DNA of 63,098 bases from an uncultured Verrucomicrobiales bacterium (GTDB lineage: Bacteria > Verrucomicrobiota > Verrucomicrobiia > Verrucomicrobiales > DEV007), in the NCBI GenBank assembly GCA_938091905.1, contig CALKOM010000096.1:1-63098 (forward strand), written 5' to 3'. Each line of letters begins with the position of its first letter. Position 1 is the stretch's first letter. Shown here piece after piece: positions 30,961 through 41,824 of the stretch. Both the position numbers and the translations under genes were made by a program. The notes beneath the pieces were generated by a model that saw only the letters and a list, made by a program, of their open reading frames with translations, did not search any database and was not told where the DNA came from.

Positions 30961-32001
30961 CTAGAGTTTGCGAAGCCCGTCTTCGGTGAAGGAATTGGGA
31001 AGCGCCTCTTCGACGTCGTCGAGAAGATCCATGGTTTCGTCATTGAGGACAAGGTCGGCACCAAGAAGACACTCTTCGAGCTGTTCTACTGACGTGGCTC
31101 CAACGATGGTGGAACCGACGAAGTCATGTTGCTTGCTCCATGCCGTAGCCATTGTCGTGACACTGTGGCCAATGCTTTCAGCGATGTCGATGTACCTCTG
31201 GGTTGCGTTGAGGGTACGTTCATTGATGAAGCGCCGCGCCATCGCCCTCTGTCGATCATTGCCAGTGTCGAGGTAGGCTGAGAATCGTGCGCCTGCTGGA
31301 TACTGACCATTAAGGTATTTGCCAGTGAGGACACCACCAGCTAAAGGAGAGTAGGGGAGCAACGAAACGTCTTCTTGCCGACAAACTTGGGCGAGCTCGT
31401 TCTCGCAGCGGCGGTTGAGAAGACTGAAGTTGTTCTGCACGGTTTCGTAGCGGCGGAGCTCGTGTACGTCTGCGGCCCAGAGACTTTTCATGAGTCCCCA
31501 AGAAGTTTCATTGCTGCATCCAAAGGCGCGTATCTTACCCAGCTGCACAAGGTCTGTTAGGGCTTCTAATACTTCTTCGTAGCGCATGCCATGATCAGGC
31601 CAGTGCGTTTGATAGAGATCGATGTAATCGGTTTTTAGGCGGGCGAGGCTTGAATCCACTGCGCGGAAGATCTGGTGGCGATCCAGAGTGGTCATGCCAT
31701 GCCTCACTGGTGGGACAAACCAACCGTGTCCAGGTCCAGCGATCTTGGTGGCGACGAGCATTGAATCGCGAGGTTTCGTCTTCATCCACCGGCCAACAAT
31801 CTCCTCGGTGACACCATACCTCTTGGCGCTAGGGGGCACTGGATACATTTCGGCAGCGTCAAAGAAATCGATCCCGGCCTCAAAAGCGCGTTCCATGATC
31901 TCGAAACTCAGTTTCTCGTCACACTGCTCGCCGAAGGTCATGGTGCCCATGCAAATCTCTGAGACAACTAGTCCTGTCTTGCCTAAGCGACGTTTGTTCA
32001 T
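30961..32001 (-). CDS. Aldo/keto reductase (Tas-like)
   Basis: MNKRRLG, ICMGTMTFGEQ, FDAAEMYP, DYIDLYQTHWP, SNET and YSPLAGGVLTGKY motifs. Confidence 0.92.
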   Translation of the reverse strand: MNKRRLGKTGLVVSEICMGTMTFGEQCDEKLSFEIMERAFEAGIDFFDAAEMYPVPPSAKRYGVTEEIVGRWMKTKPRDSMLVATKIAGPGHGWFVPPVRHGMTTLDRHQIFRAVDSSLARLKTDYIDLYQTHWPDHGMRYEEVLEALTDLVQLGKIRAFGCSNETSWGLMKSLWAADVHELRRYETVQNNFSLLNRRCENELAQVCRQEDVSLLPYSPLAGGVLTGKYLNGQYPAGARFSAYLDTGNDRQRAMARRFINERTLNATQRYIDIAESIGHSVTTMATAWSKQHDFVGSTIVGATSVEQLEECLLGADLVLNDETMDLLDDVEEALPNSFTEDGLRKL

Positions 32002-32058
32002 GAAAGAAGCTTGCTGGATGGCGCTAAATTGGCAATGCAAATGAGGACAAATACAATT

Positions 32059-32988
32059 ATGAAACCTCGCTTTACAGGCCTCGTAGCGGCCACCTTCACG
32101 CCTCTCACGGAGGACGGACTTCTCGATCTCGGTCGCGTGCCTGACCTGGTGGATCATTTGGTAGCCTCTGGGGTGAGCGGGATCTACATTAATGGGACGA
32201 CAGGAGAGGGCGTATCGTTCTCTGTCGATGAGCGTTGCGAGATAGCTGAAGCCTATGTAAATGCTAGCAATGGTCGTTTGAAGACATTGATCCAAGTAGG
32301 GCATGAGTGTCTGCCTGAAGCGATTCGGCTGGCGACGCATGCAGCCTCGCTTAAGGTTGATGCGATTTCAGCAACGCCACCGTGCTATTTCAAGCCGACC
32401 TCGATCGATTTGCTCTTGGACTATTTGGAACCGTTAGCGGCTTCAGCTTCGGAAGTGCCGTTCTATTACTACCACATTCCGCCCATGACGGCGGTGGCTT
32501 TTGATCCCTTAGATTTTCTCAAAGAAGCCTCCAGAAGGGTACCTACATTGGGTGGCATCAAGTATTCTCACACAGATCTCGCTGCTTTGCGGGCGTGTTT
32601 GGACCATGAAGACGGCTCTTGGGATATTTTGTTTGGCGTCGATGAGGTGTTGCTCGGAGGGTTGGCTACGGGTTGTGAAGGTGCTGTGGGTTCGACCTAC
32701 AACTTTGCCGCTTCCATCTATCTCAGGATGTGGGAAGCCTTCAAGCGTGGAGATGTGGACGCAGCTCGCCGTTGGCAGGGGCGTTCGGTCAAGTTGGTGC
32801 GCGCACTGGTCGAGGTGTGTGGCGGAAGACCAGGATTAAAACCGATGATGGCAATGATCGGACAGGACTGTGGGCCGCATCGCCTGCCACAGCGTGATCC
32901 TCAGAGGGGGCAGCTGGAAGAATTGCGTCAGCGGCTGGAATCGATGGGCTTTTATTGGTGGATCTCGGGAGATGCCGAACTACGATAG
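32059..32988 (+). CDS. DHDPS/N-acetylneuraminate lyase family aldolase
   Basis: GTTGEG, YYYHIP, Schiff-base Lys in GIKYS, FGVDE and GSTYNF motifs. Confidence 0.88.
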   Translation: MKPRFTGLVAATFTPLTEDGLLDLGRVPDLVDHLVASGVSGIYINGTTGEGVSFSVDERCEIAEAYVNASNGRLKTLIQVGHECLPEAIRLATHAASLKVDAISATPPCYFKPTSIDLLLDYLEPLAASASEVPFYYYHIPPMTAVAFDPLDFLKEASRRVPTLGGIKYSHTDLAALRACLDHEDGSWDILFGVDEVLLGGLATGCEGAVGSTYNFAASIYLRMWEAFKRGDVDAARRWQGRSVKLVRALVEVCGGRPGLKPMMAMIGQDCGPHRLPQRDPQRGQLEELRQRLESMGFYWWISGDAELR

Positions 32989-33001
32989 AAGGGTGGAAGA
33001 G

Positions 33002-34183
33002 ATGGATGAGACGCCGGCTGAAGACCCCTATATCTCGACTTCGGTCGAGTTGGATAAGGCGTTTAAGCTACCCAAGGCCGAACAGGCCTTGGATCGGCTT
33101 TTGAATGAGGAGTCGGCTGCTCCTGTGCTTTTGCCAGCATCGAATAATGAGAAAGAGGAGGAATTAAATAATGCGCCGCTAGAGAATCGCAATGCGGTGA
33201 ATTCTCGGGATCGGCTTAATTACCGACTGAATTACACGGAGCAGCGTCGGCTAGAGCGGGGAGAAGAAGAGGAGCGTGAGAGCGCATTTGCTCAAACATG
33301 GAAAGGACGACTGGGAAGATGGCCAGTAATGCGGTGGCTCTTTGATAGTCAAACGAGGCGGATGGAGAAGCTATTTGCGTTTGGTGTGCTGGTTGCGCTG
33401 GTTGGCGTTGCTCTAAGCTTTGGGCTGACGCAGCGTGACATGGATTCAGCGACCGCTTCCGTGATCGAGGTTGATGAACCAATCGAGAGCATGGGCCAAG
33501 CGTTGCTCGATGAACAAGAAGCCTCAGGAGAAATCATCACCCAGTTTTTTCAGGCAACATCTCTGGAGCAAGTCACTCCTTTGGTGAGGAGCCCCAAGAT
33601 CGTCCAACCGTTAATGGAGCAATGGTATGCGACCCACGCTTTCCGATCTGAATCTAATCTTATTTTTAACCAGGCGATTGCGAAGCGCGTGGATGGGAAG
33701 CGCTATTACCTACACTTTGTCTACCTAGAAGATGATTTGGCGGCACGGCCGATTGCCGTAGAGTTGACCGATGATGGGTTCCGCGTGGATTGGGAAACGG
33801 CGGTGGGCTATCAGCGCATGCCTTGGAAAGAGTATCGCTCAAGCCGCCCGGAGGAGAAAGTCTATCTTCGCGTGCAGGCCCGAATCGATGACTATCATAA
33901 CTTCGAGTTCGAGGATTCTTGGAAATGGTCCTGTTTCCGGATGAACCATCCTAACGGCGAGGGGGCCATTTATGGGTATGTGAAACGGCTGTCAGAGATT
34001 GATCGGCAGCTTCGTGATGCGATGGGTAGGGATGAGAAAGGCGCAGACTACCTGATATTGGGACTAAGATTTCCAGAAAATCCACAGTCGGACCATGCTG
34101 TCTATATTGATGAGATTCTACAGCGCGGTTGGGTAAGGTACTATGCACCGGACGATAAACATTTTGATCGCCCGGATGCCTAG
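33002..34183 (+). CDS. Single-TM hypothetical protein
   Basis: Long ORF with an acidic N-terminus, one TM (LFAFGVLVALVGVALSFGL) and a folded C-domain (RVDWETAVGYQRMPW). Confidence 0.7.
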   Translation: MDETPAEDPYISTSVELDKAFKLPKAEQALDRLLNEESAAPVLLPASNNEKEEELNNAPLENRNAVNSRDRLNYRLNYTEQRRLERGEEEERESAFAQTWKGRLGRWPVMRWLFDSQTRRMEKLFAFGVLVALVGVALSFGLTQRDMDSATASVIEVDEPIESMGQALLDEQEASGEIITQFFQATSLEQVTPLVRSPKIVQPLMEQWYATHAFRSESNLIFNQAIAKRVDGKRYYLHFVYLEDDLAARPIAVELTDDGFRVDWETAVGYQRMPWKEYRSSRPEEKVYLRVQARIDDYHNFEFEDSWKWSCFRMNHPNGEGAIYGYVKRLSEIDRQLRDAMGRDEKGADYLILGLRFPENPQSDHAVYIDEILQRGWVRYYAPDDKHFDRPDA

Positions 34184-34246
34184 GTGGTGAGTCTGTGGGG
34201 TTCGATGTTTGCTATTCTAATGAACTGGTCTCAGTATTCGCCTTGA

Positions 34247-37200
34247 ATGGTGAGCGAGCTGCAAACTGCAGGTAATGAAAAAAGCGAGCCGCAGCGGCGG
34301 TGGCGTCGTCGTTTATGTTGGTTGGGTCTTGGTGGGATTGGCATTGCTTTGTGGCTGAGCGGTCCAGGATTCCGCTGGCTCGGGGGACGTCTCCTTCCCC
34401 GTGTCGGAATGGAACAGGGGTGTGTGCTAGAAGGGAATCTTTGGTCTGGTCCCGTGTTGAAGGACTTTGTTTGGAAAGATGAAGCCACAGCTACCGAAGT
34501 CCGAGGCCGTGAGGTGCGAGTGGCCTATTCACCGTTCAATTTCTTTCGCGGTGGAGTGACAGGAATCGTCGAGTCGATTACTCTAGCAGACGTTACGGCG
34601 GTGATTGATCAACGGGGTGATACGGAGAAAGAGCCGGATGAGGGGGGGATGAAACCACTGCCCTTTAAGAAACTGCCCCAGCCTCGGCTGGTGCTTGAGA
34701 ATGTTGATGTGACCGTGCTTCAACCCGAGGACAAAGAAATTCGGTTGCAAGACTTTGATGTCTCGCTGGGTCAGTCGTCTGACGGAAATCTTTCTTGGGC
34801 ATCACTAGCGTTACCGAATGGCACAAACCTTGACTCTATTACAGGATCATTGAGTTACTCGGGCAAGTCTCTGCGCTTGGCGAATCTGCCTCTGATAGAT
34901 GAACTTGCGATTAGCGATTTGGAAGTGTCTGTATCTCCAGAGCGGATGTTAGACCTTCACGCGGTGGTGGCCGTGCCGGGAAGCTTCATCGTTGCCGATG
35001 TGACTTTGGGTAAACGGGCTTCTCTTCGTATGAGCGAGGGAACGTTGGACCTTGCTAAACTCCTCCCAAACGTGCTGTTGAGAGGAGAGGTGACGCGAAC
35101 GGACGTGTCAATTGCACAGATGCAAGCCCATTGGTCACAATGGCAGGTGGATGGTAACGCGACGATGGTAGGAGTGGAGTATCAAGGGATCACCGTAGAC
35201 AAGGTTGATGTGACTTTGAGTCAGACGGATTTTGGTTCTAACGTTGGTGTTGCCGTTCAGCTGGATTCCGCGAACAAAGTCAGTCTTTCAGCTGCAGCGG
35301 CAGCGGTTGAGCCTCGCGATGATCTCGCCTCAGCTCCGTGGACCCTCTCCGTTGTGCCCCAGGCTCCGTCATTGGCGAAGTGGATGAGGGGCTCGAAGTT
35401 GCCTGCCGAGGTGGCGAGTTTAATGGGAGAGATTCGTGTGAAAGGAGCAGGAATGGATCTCCGTAATGTTGATGGTGAGGTAAAGTTGGGGCAAACACTT
35501 GTGGCGGCCTGGGAAATTCCGTCGCTTGTCGCTCGTCTACAAACCGAGGATAAAGGTCACCTACTATCGCTCGCTGGCGATGATCAATGGATCGACGGCG
35601 TCGTTCGGTTGTCTACGGATTTTGATGCCTACCTGGGTAAGCTTTCGGTCAAGAGTGATCGGTTAGCAGCTCTCCAGCCGAACGCCTCCGAGGCTGAGCA
35701 GATTGGCGGAGCGGCTGCTGTTGTCTGGGAAGGTGAGGGCGTGATAAGTGTTGCTGCTAGTCATCGCGGCACTCTGCAGATCGATGGGACTAATATTGGG
35801 TCACCAGCTTCGGGATTTCCTTATGAGGCCGATATTATGGCGTCGTATGAGGGTGATGCCGTTCAGTTAAACCGGATTGAGGTAAAGACTGCAGGTCTTG
35901 AGTTTGAAGCGCAGGCGGCCCTTTCAAAGGCATCGTTAGCGGTGTCGGATATTCAGCTGTCTCGCAGTGGTGAAACCTGGTTGCAGGGGCGTATTCAACT
36001 TCCTCTGTCCGAGGACGAGGGCAGCATGATTGAGCGTTTCTGGGGGGCCGAGGAGTCAGCACGCATCGAGCTACAATCGGTATCGATTCCTGTTCAGAGT
36101 CTGGCCCAGCTTGCCGGCCAAAAATCTACCTTTGAGGGGACGATCGAAATCCAGGCTGACATTTCAGGGCCTCCAGCTTCGATGCAAGGTAGTCTCGATC
36201 TTAAAGGTAGAGGTCTTGGTCTACCGGACAGCGAGGGAAGCTTTCCCAGTAAGGGAGATGTTGATTTCGAGTTGGTGTTAGGAGATGGCGGATTAGATTT
36301 GAAAGGCGAGGTTCGGCATGAGCTCATAGAGCCTATAGCTCTGGTAGCAAATGTGCCCTTGCAGATCGATGAACCGGCGATGATAGCCGACAGTCCGGTG
36401 ACTGGCAGCCTGAAGTTGCCGCCTACGAATTTGGCATTTGTCAAAGACTATGCACCTGCTCTGCGGGAGATTGTTGGAAATCTCTCTGCCGATATGCAGA
36501 TCTCGGGAACAGCGCAGAAACCAATTGTTGCCGGAACACTTGTGCTTTCGGCAGACCGCGTATCGTTTGTTAGTGATGGTCTGCCTCGTCTTGAGAATAC
36601 GAAGATTAGCTTAAGGGGAACACCGTCTGCTGTTGTCATTGAAGAAGTGCGCACGGGGTTTGCTGGTGGCCTGTTAGAACTCGGTGGTGGGGTCAAACTT
36701 GATGGAGAGCAGGGGCCGACCCTGGACCTTTTACTGACGGCGAAGCAGGCACTACTTACGAGAAATGAGAACATGGTGGTGCGTAGCAATGGAGAAATCC
36801 GATTTACGGGCCCTTGGGCGGCGGCCTCAGTTTCAGGTGATCTTCGGCTGGTTGAGAGTCGCTACTTTCAGGAGATCGACCTCCTCCGTACGAATAAGCA
36901 AGGCACCAGGTTGCCATCGTCGCCTATGAATGTGGAGAAAACCTATGGCACTGAGGCTGAGCCTTTCAAGGATTGGCAGCTTGATCTAAAAATACTAACG
37001 GAAGATTCATTTCGCGTCCGTACCAATCTCGCAGCTGCGGACATCGTTGTTGATCTCAGATTGAGTGGTCCGTTATCTCAGGTTTATCCGGAGGGCTTTG
37101 TCGACCTCAAAGATACGTACGCGCAGCTCCCTTTTAGCCGCTTGGATTTGAATAATTCGTATGTACGTTTTTCGGAAGAGACGGGGTTTCCAGGACAACT

Positions 37201-37621
37201 CGATATCCGAGGGGAATCTCAAATTCGTGATTACCTCACTCGAATTGTGGTGAGTGGGAACGCGAATAAGTTCGACTATGTTCTTACGAGTAATCCTCCG
37301 TTGCCAGACGAAGAGATCATGGCACTCCTCGGGACGGGGGCTACTCGGGAAGATCTTGTGGGGAGTGGCCAGGCGGCAGCTTCGCGAGCGGCAATCCTTC
37401 TCTTCGATAAACTCTGGCGAAAGATCGCCAAAAAGGATTGGGAGGATCCTGGTAGTATGCGAGAAAAGCGTCTCACTTTCGAGAGTGGAAATGTGAATGC
37501 TAGAACTGGAAGCCCGATGACCACGGCGAGGCTGAGGTTAACGGATAACTGGAGTTTGACCAGTGATGCTTCCTTGGGGGGGGACTTTCGAGGGCTTCTG
37601 CACTATCTTTTCAAATTCTGA
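34247..37621 (+). CDS. tamB: Translocation/assembly module TamB (DUF490) protein
   Basis: N-terminal anchor, long beta-rich body, C-terminal LTSNPPLPDEEIMALLGTG and terminal YLFKF. Confidence 0.82.
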   Translation: MVSELQTAGNEKSEPQRRWRRRLCWLGLGGIGIALWLSGPGFRWLGGRLLPRVGMEQGCVLEGNLWSGPVLKDFVWKDEATATEVRGREVRVAYSPFNFFRGGVTGIVESITLADVTAVIDQRGDTEKEPDEGGMKPLPFKKLPQPRLVLENVDVTVLQPEDKEIRLQDFDVSLGQSSDGNLSWASLALPNGTNLDSITGSLSYSGKSLRLANLPLIDELAISDLEVSVSPERMLDLHAVVAVPGSFIVADVTLGKRASLRMSEGTLDLAKLLPNVLLRGEVTRTDVSIAQMQAHWSQWQVDGNATMVGVEYQGITVDKVDVTLSQTDFGSNVGVAVQLDSANKVSLSAAAAAVEPRDDLASAPWTLSVVPQAPSLAKWMRGSKLPAEVASLMGEIRVKGAGMDLRNVDGEVKLGQTLVAAWEIPSLVARLQTEDKGHLLSLAGDDQWIDGVVRLSTDFDAYLGKLSVKSDRLAALQPNASEAEQIGGAAAVVWEGEGVISVAASHRGTLQIDGTNIGSPASGFPYEADIMASYEGDAVQLNRIEVKTAGLEFEAQAALSKASLAVSDIQLSRSGETWLQGRIQLPLSEDEGSMIERFWGAEESARIELQSVSIPVQSLAQLAGQKSTFEGTIEIQADISGPPASMQGSLDLKGRGLGLPDSEGSFPSKGDVDFELVLGDGGLDLKGEVRHELIEPIALVANVPLQIDEPAMIADSPVTGSLKLPPTNLAFVKDYAPALREIVGNLSADMQISGTAQKPIVAGTLVLSADRVSFVSDGLPRLENTKISLRGTPSAVVIEEVRTGFAGGLLELGGGVKLDGEQGPTLDLLLTAKQALLTRNENMVVRSNGEIRFTGPWAAASVSGDLRLVESRYFQEIDLLRTNKQGTRLPSSPMNVEKTYGTEAEPFKDWQLDLKILTEDSFRVRTNLAAADIVVDLRLSGPLSQVYPEGFVDLKDTYAQLPFSRLDLNNSYVRFSEETGFPGQLDIRGESQIRDYLTRIVVSGNANKFDYVLTSNPPLPDEEIMALLGTGATREDLVGSGQAAASRAAILLFDKLWRKIAKKDWEDPGSMREKRLTFESGNVNARTGSPMTTARLRLTDNWSLTSDASLGGDFRGLLHYLFKF

Positions 37622-37625
37622 CGTT

Positions 37626-39647
37626 GTGAGAGGTTTCTTTGTTTTCCTTATCTTGGTGTGGGTTTGCGGCGGCTTTGTGTTCGGGCAAAGTCAGCGGCTT
37701 GTGATCGAGGGGCTCAAACGATTCTCGGATGAGGATGCTCGTGAGATTCTCAAGGATCATTGGTCAGAGATCGAGAAGAAGGGGTTGACGTCTTCTCAAG
37801 CCAATGATGCCGCCTTCTTTCTTCGCATCGGGCTTCAAAGGCAGGGCTTTGCTGAGGCAGACGTCACCTCAAGAGTATTGTCAGCTGGTGTGTTAGAGTT
37901 GAGAGTCGATGAAGGGGAGCAGCTCTTGTTGGGCGAAATTCGGGTGGATGGTGTGGACAAACTTGATGAGAGCTTGCTCAAGGAATCCATGATAGCCGAG
38001 ATGAAGAAGCGCCGGTTCTTGTTGGAATCGGATGACAACTTGCCCTTTGTTAGGAGTGCCATTGAGGGCGGTGTTGGTGCCATTCAGAGCTACGCGCGTT
38101 ACGAGGGGTTTCTCAGGGCCACTGCAGAGTTAGTTTCGATCGAGCTTCCCGATGAGCAGCGGCGGGTGAATGTGCATGTAAACGTGCGTGAAGGTGCTCA
38201 GTCGCTTATTCGTTCCGTCAAGACTCGCGGCGTGGAGGGCGTGCTTCTGCGGAAGCTTCGCAATGTTGGCGATCCCTATGAGAAGCGTCCTGTGAATGTT
38301 TCGAATACTCGCGCAATTGAAGGAGAATGCCTGCGTATCCTCACCGAGCTGGGCTACTTTGATACAGTCATTTCGATCGTGCAGGGTATTCCAAGTCCGG
38401 ACCTCACTGATACTGAAGTGGATGTAATCGTAGAGATTGATGCAGGTGAGATCTATCGCCTGAAACGGGTTCGTGTTGAGGGAAGCAGCGCATTGCCTGA
38501 CGGCTTCATATCGAAGCGTTTCAATGCGATGTTAGGCGAGCGCTATGATCCTGTAGAGATGCGTCAAGTCTATCGTACGCTCATTCAAACAGGACTTTAC
38601 AACGATCTCGAGATGACGCCGAAACCAACGGGCGATGGAGAGCTAACTCTTGATGTAAAAGTCGAGGAAGCCAAGTTTCACCACCTGAGCGTGTACGGAG
38701 GCTTTGGAAGTTTCGTTGGCTACATCTTGGGGGTGGGTCACACGAATCGAAATCTGTTTGGGACAGGGCGATCGTTTCGCTCGGCGGTTGAAATCAACGG
38801 GCGGGGCATACACGGAGAAATGAATTATCTAGATCGGTGGTTCATGGATTCGGAATGGCAGCTCGGTGTGAAGGTTCACTCTGGCTCGCGCGAATACGAA
38901 GGGTATACCAAATGGGATATTGGAGCGATTGCTTCCTTTAGCTATGACATTTCGGATCATACTTCGGTAGGATTTTACAGTGGTTTCACGCACGTTAATC
39001 TCACAGAAGATTCGTTTGTCGATGTGGAGATAGGTCCCTCCAGCTATCAGGTGCAGGAACTGGGTGCCGTCTTTACCTGGGATCATCGTGAAGATTTAGA
39101 TCTTTCGGGGCATGGCTACCTCTTTGAAATCTCGTTAGACTATGCAACTTCTTTCCTGATTGGTGATATCTCCCTTTTGAAATCGCAGATGCGCCTCGCG
39201 CATTATTGGAAGTTGCCTGGTAGAACTGAGCTCCGGCTTGGCATGCGCGCAGGTATTATGCAGCCGTTAGGTGATGCGGATGTTATTCCAGTTGATCTTA
39301 GGTTCTTCAGTGGAGGCAGCCAGTCCGTTCGAAGCTTCCCGGAGCGTGAGCTTGGCCCACAGGATCGTCGTCATCATCCCACTGGTGGTCAATTCTACAC
39401 CATCTTCAATGCTGAGTTTATTGTGCCCTTGCGGGATTCGTTCTCCTTGGCGGTATTCGGAGACGCAGGAAACCTACTCGAGGATTCTTCTGACTATGGA
39501 TTTGCGGAGATGCACTACGCCGCTGGCCTAGGTTTGCGTTATGATCTTCCCATAGGTCCGCTACGAGTCGACTATGGATTTAATTTGAATCGCGAACGTG
39601 GAGAACCCAAGGGAACGTTCCATATAGGATTCGGATTTGCATTTTAG
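37626..39647 (+). CDS. BamA/TamA (Omp85) family outer membrane protein
   Basis: POTRA-like repeats; NLFGTG, RFFSGGSQSVRSF, GLRYDLPIGPLRVDYG motifs; terminal GFAF. Confidence 0.9.
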   Translation: MRGFFVFLILVWVCGGFVFGQSQRLVIEGLKRFSDEDAREILKDHWSEIEKKGLTSSQANDAAFFLRIGLQRQGFAEADVTSRVLSAGVLELRVDEGEQLLLGEIRVDGVDKLDESLLKESMIAEMKKRRFLLESDDNLPFVRSAIEGGVGAIQSYARYEGFLRATAELVSIELPDEQRRVNVHVNVREGAQSLIRSVKTRGVEGVLLRKLRNVGDPYEKRPVNVSNTRAIEGECLRILTELGYFDTVISIVQGIPSPDLTDTEVDVIVEIDAGEIYRLKRVRVEGSSALPDGFISKRFNAMLGERYDPVEMRQVYRTLIQTGLYNDLEMTPKPTGDGELTLDVKVEEAKFHHLSVYGGFGSFVGYILGVGHTNRNLFGTGRSFRSAVEINGRGIHGEMNYLDRWFMDSEWQLGVKVHSGSREYEGYTKWDIGAIASFSYDISDHTSVGFYSGFTHVNLTEDSFVDVEIGPSSYQVQELGAVFTWDHREDLDLSGHGYLFEISLDYATSFLIGDISLLKSQMRLAHYWKLPGRTELRLGMRAGIMQPLGDADVIPVDLRFFSGGSQSVRSFPERELGPQDRRHHPTGGQFYTIFNAEFIVPLRDSFSLAVFGDAGNLLEDSSDYGFAEMHYAAGLGLRYDLPIGPLRVDYGFNLNRERGEPKGTFHIGFGFAF

Positions 39648-39689
39648 ATTGCCTTGTCGGGACGAGCTGGCAGGCTGAGGTTCGTCGTT

Positions 39690-40277
39690 ATGAAGAGTGG
39701 TGTGAAGACGATGCTGGCCGGTGGCTTCCTCTTGGCGACTGCCATTGCGGTTCCTGTTATGATCATGGTCCCCTCATTGTCGAGTGAAGGGCCCAGTGGT
39801 GAGCCGTTCAAGGTTCCAGGAGTGGGTGTTTTAGATATTGATGCTCCTGGCCGGTTTTATGTTTGGCACGAGTACAAAGGGAGTTTCGAGGGGCAACGTT
39901 ATTCAAGTCGCAATCGAAAGGCCAGAGGAGCGATCATCGCGGTTAAGAGAAATGGTGGTGAACTGATCAAATTCGTTAATGATGAGTCGATTTCGTTCAG
40001 CTTGGGCAACCGGTCCAAGCAGAGCCTCGGTTACATAGATGCGACGGAGATTGAGCCGGTTGTCATTGAAGTTTCCGGTCTCGAGGATGAACTGATTTTT
40101 TCAGCGAGCCGGTATCAACTTTTCAAGACACTTCGGAAGATCGGTTTGAGTGTCGCTTGTGGAGCTGTCTGCGGACTTGCCGGTCTTGGATTCCTGATCT
40201 GGGGTATCTTCAAGCTGGTCAAGGCGGGCAGGCGTGAACGATTGTTGGCAGCGAATCAGCCGCCGCCTCTTGGCTAA
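39690..40277 (+). CDS. Hypothetical membrane protein (two TM helices flanking a beta domain)
   Basis: N- and C-terminal hydrophobic helices; fills the gap after the Omp85 gene. Confidence 0.65.
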   Translation: MKSGVKTMLAGGFLLATAIAVPVMIMVPSLSSEGPSGEPFKVPGVGVLDIDAPGRFYVWHEYKGSFEGQRYSSRNRKARGAIIAVKRNGGELIKFVNDESISFSLGNRSKQSLGYIDATEIEPVVIEVSGLEDELIFSASRYQLFKTLRKIGLSVACGAVCGLAGLGFLIWGIFKLVKAGRRERLLAANQPPPLG

Positions 40278-40284
40278 GAAAGCG

Positions 40285-41652
40285 TTAGATGAGTTCTTGG
40301 ATCGGCTTCACTCCCGCATCTACAAGGTAGTGCGGCCTGCCAAGTGCATCCGAAACGGTCGCGGTATTTAGATCGATTCCGATGTTGTGATAGAGGGTGG
40401 CGAAGACTTCCTGGAACTTGACTGGGCGTTCGGCAACTTCGCCTCCGATCCGATCTGTCTGGCCGATGACTTGTCCCGTTTTCATGCCTCCTCCAGCAAC
40501 GAGGGCGAAACTGGTGCGAGGCCAGTGGTCCCGGCTGTTGAGCTTGTTCAGTTTGGGCGTGCGACCGAATTCACCCCAGACGACGACGGAGACGTCATCA
40601 TTCAGACCGCGCTCGTGAAGATCGGTGATGAGGGCGGAGAGCCCCTGATCGAAGAGGGGAAACTCTTCGCGTGAACGCGGGAAGTTCATGCCGTCGCCAC
40701 CATGCCAATCCCAGCGGCTGTAATTGAGCGAGATCACACGTGCGCCGGCTTCGACGAGGCGACGGGCGACAAGGAAATTACGGATCATCTTTGGCGCGCC
40801 ATCGCGTTGGTATTTCGGATCGTTCTGCCCATAGCGTTCGAGTACGCGAGGGTCTTCCTTGGATAGATCTAACGCATCGACCAAGCCGCCGCCGCTGAGA
40901 ATGTTGAGCGCCTGACCATGAAAGGTATCAAAGCCTTCCATAGCGCCCATGGCATCGGCGTCCCGTCGATAGCCGTCTATAGCTTTGAGTAGAAGGTCGC
41001 GTCTGCGAAGGCGTTCTAGTGAAATCCCTTCCAACGTCATGTTGCGTGCTTTGGCCGCGGGATCTTTGGCGACGAGGCTCATCGGCGCATGTACGGACCC
41101 CATGTAGCCGCCGCCACGGGGGTCACCCCAGCCACGGAAGCTGCTAGGATACATGAGAGAGAGATTTGCCGGAATGCCAGGATTGGCGCCTTGGAGTTTG
41201 GAGATCCAAGAGCCGAAAGAAGGCCAGCCGCCGGGAGGGGCGATGTCTTTCTTCTTGCGCCCAGTCATGCACTGGAAGCCATCATGATCGCCTTCGGAGT
41301 CGTGCAGCGAACGGATGATGGCAAACTTGTCTGCCATCTTCGCCAATTTCGGAAAGAGCTCACAGATTTCAATCCCTGGCACATTAGTCGAGATGGGGCG
41401 AAATTCTCCGCGAATCTCTGAGGGCGCGTCCGGCTTGAGGTCAAACATGTCCAAGTGTGAGGGGCCACCTGGCAGAAAGATATTGATGATCGCCTTATTC
41501 GAAGACCCGGTCGATGCCTGTGCTTCAATTTCTAACAACTGTGCTAGGGAGAGCCCGCCAGCAGCCATGCCCCCGACCTTCAAGAAGCCGCGACGAGAAA
41601 AGCCGTCACAATGCGAGCGATTTGCATCGTAGTGTCCAAGAATATCGAGCAT
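40285..41652 (-). CDS. DUF1501 domain-containing protein
   Basis: SRRGFL, FLPGGPSHLDMFDLKP, ARRLVEAG, WDWH, WGEFGRTP and RDHW motifs. Confidence 0.92.
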   Translation of the reverse strand: MLDILGHYDANRSHCDGFSRRGFLKVGGMAAGGLSLAQLLEIEAQASTGSSNKAIINIFLPGGPSHLDMFDLKPDAPSEIRGEFRPISTNVPGIEICELFPKLAKMADKFAIIRSLHDSEGDHDGFQCMTGRKKKDIAPPGGWPSFGSWISKLQGANPGIPANLSLMYPSSFRGWGDPRGGGYMGSVHAPMSLVAKDPAAKARNMTLEGISLERLRRRDLLLKAIDGYRRDADAMGAMEGFDTFHGQALNILSGGGLVDALDLSKEDPRVLERYGQNDPKYQRDGAPKMIRNFLVARRLVEAGARVISLNYSRWDWHGGDGMNFPRSREEFPLFDQGLSALITDLHERGLNDDVSVVVWGEFGRTPKLNKLNSRDHWPRTSFALVAGGGMKTGQVIGQTDRIGGEVAERPVKFQEVFATLYHNIGIDLNTATVSDALGRPHYLVDAGVKPIQELI

Positions 41653-41824
41653 TTTTGGAGATTGCCATAGTGATCACGTTCCTTGCAAGTTTTTCTGGTG
41701 TCCTGGTATCGATGCGGAACAATGAAGCTATGATGGAAGACATATCAGCACCGTGTGATGGGAACGGATTGCAAATGAGTGTCAAAGAGCGCTGTCAGGA
41801 AGCTCTGGCCGCGGAGTAGTGAAC

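Noticed and set aside
30961..32340. 459-aa version of the aldo/keto reductase overlapping the lyase
   Set aside because: The N-terminal 113 aa are largely the antisense of the DHDPS-family gene. The family start MNKRRLG is at 32001.
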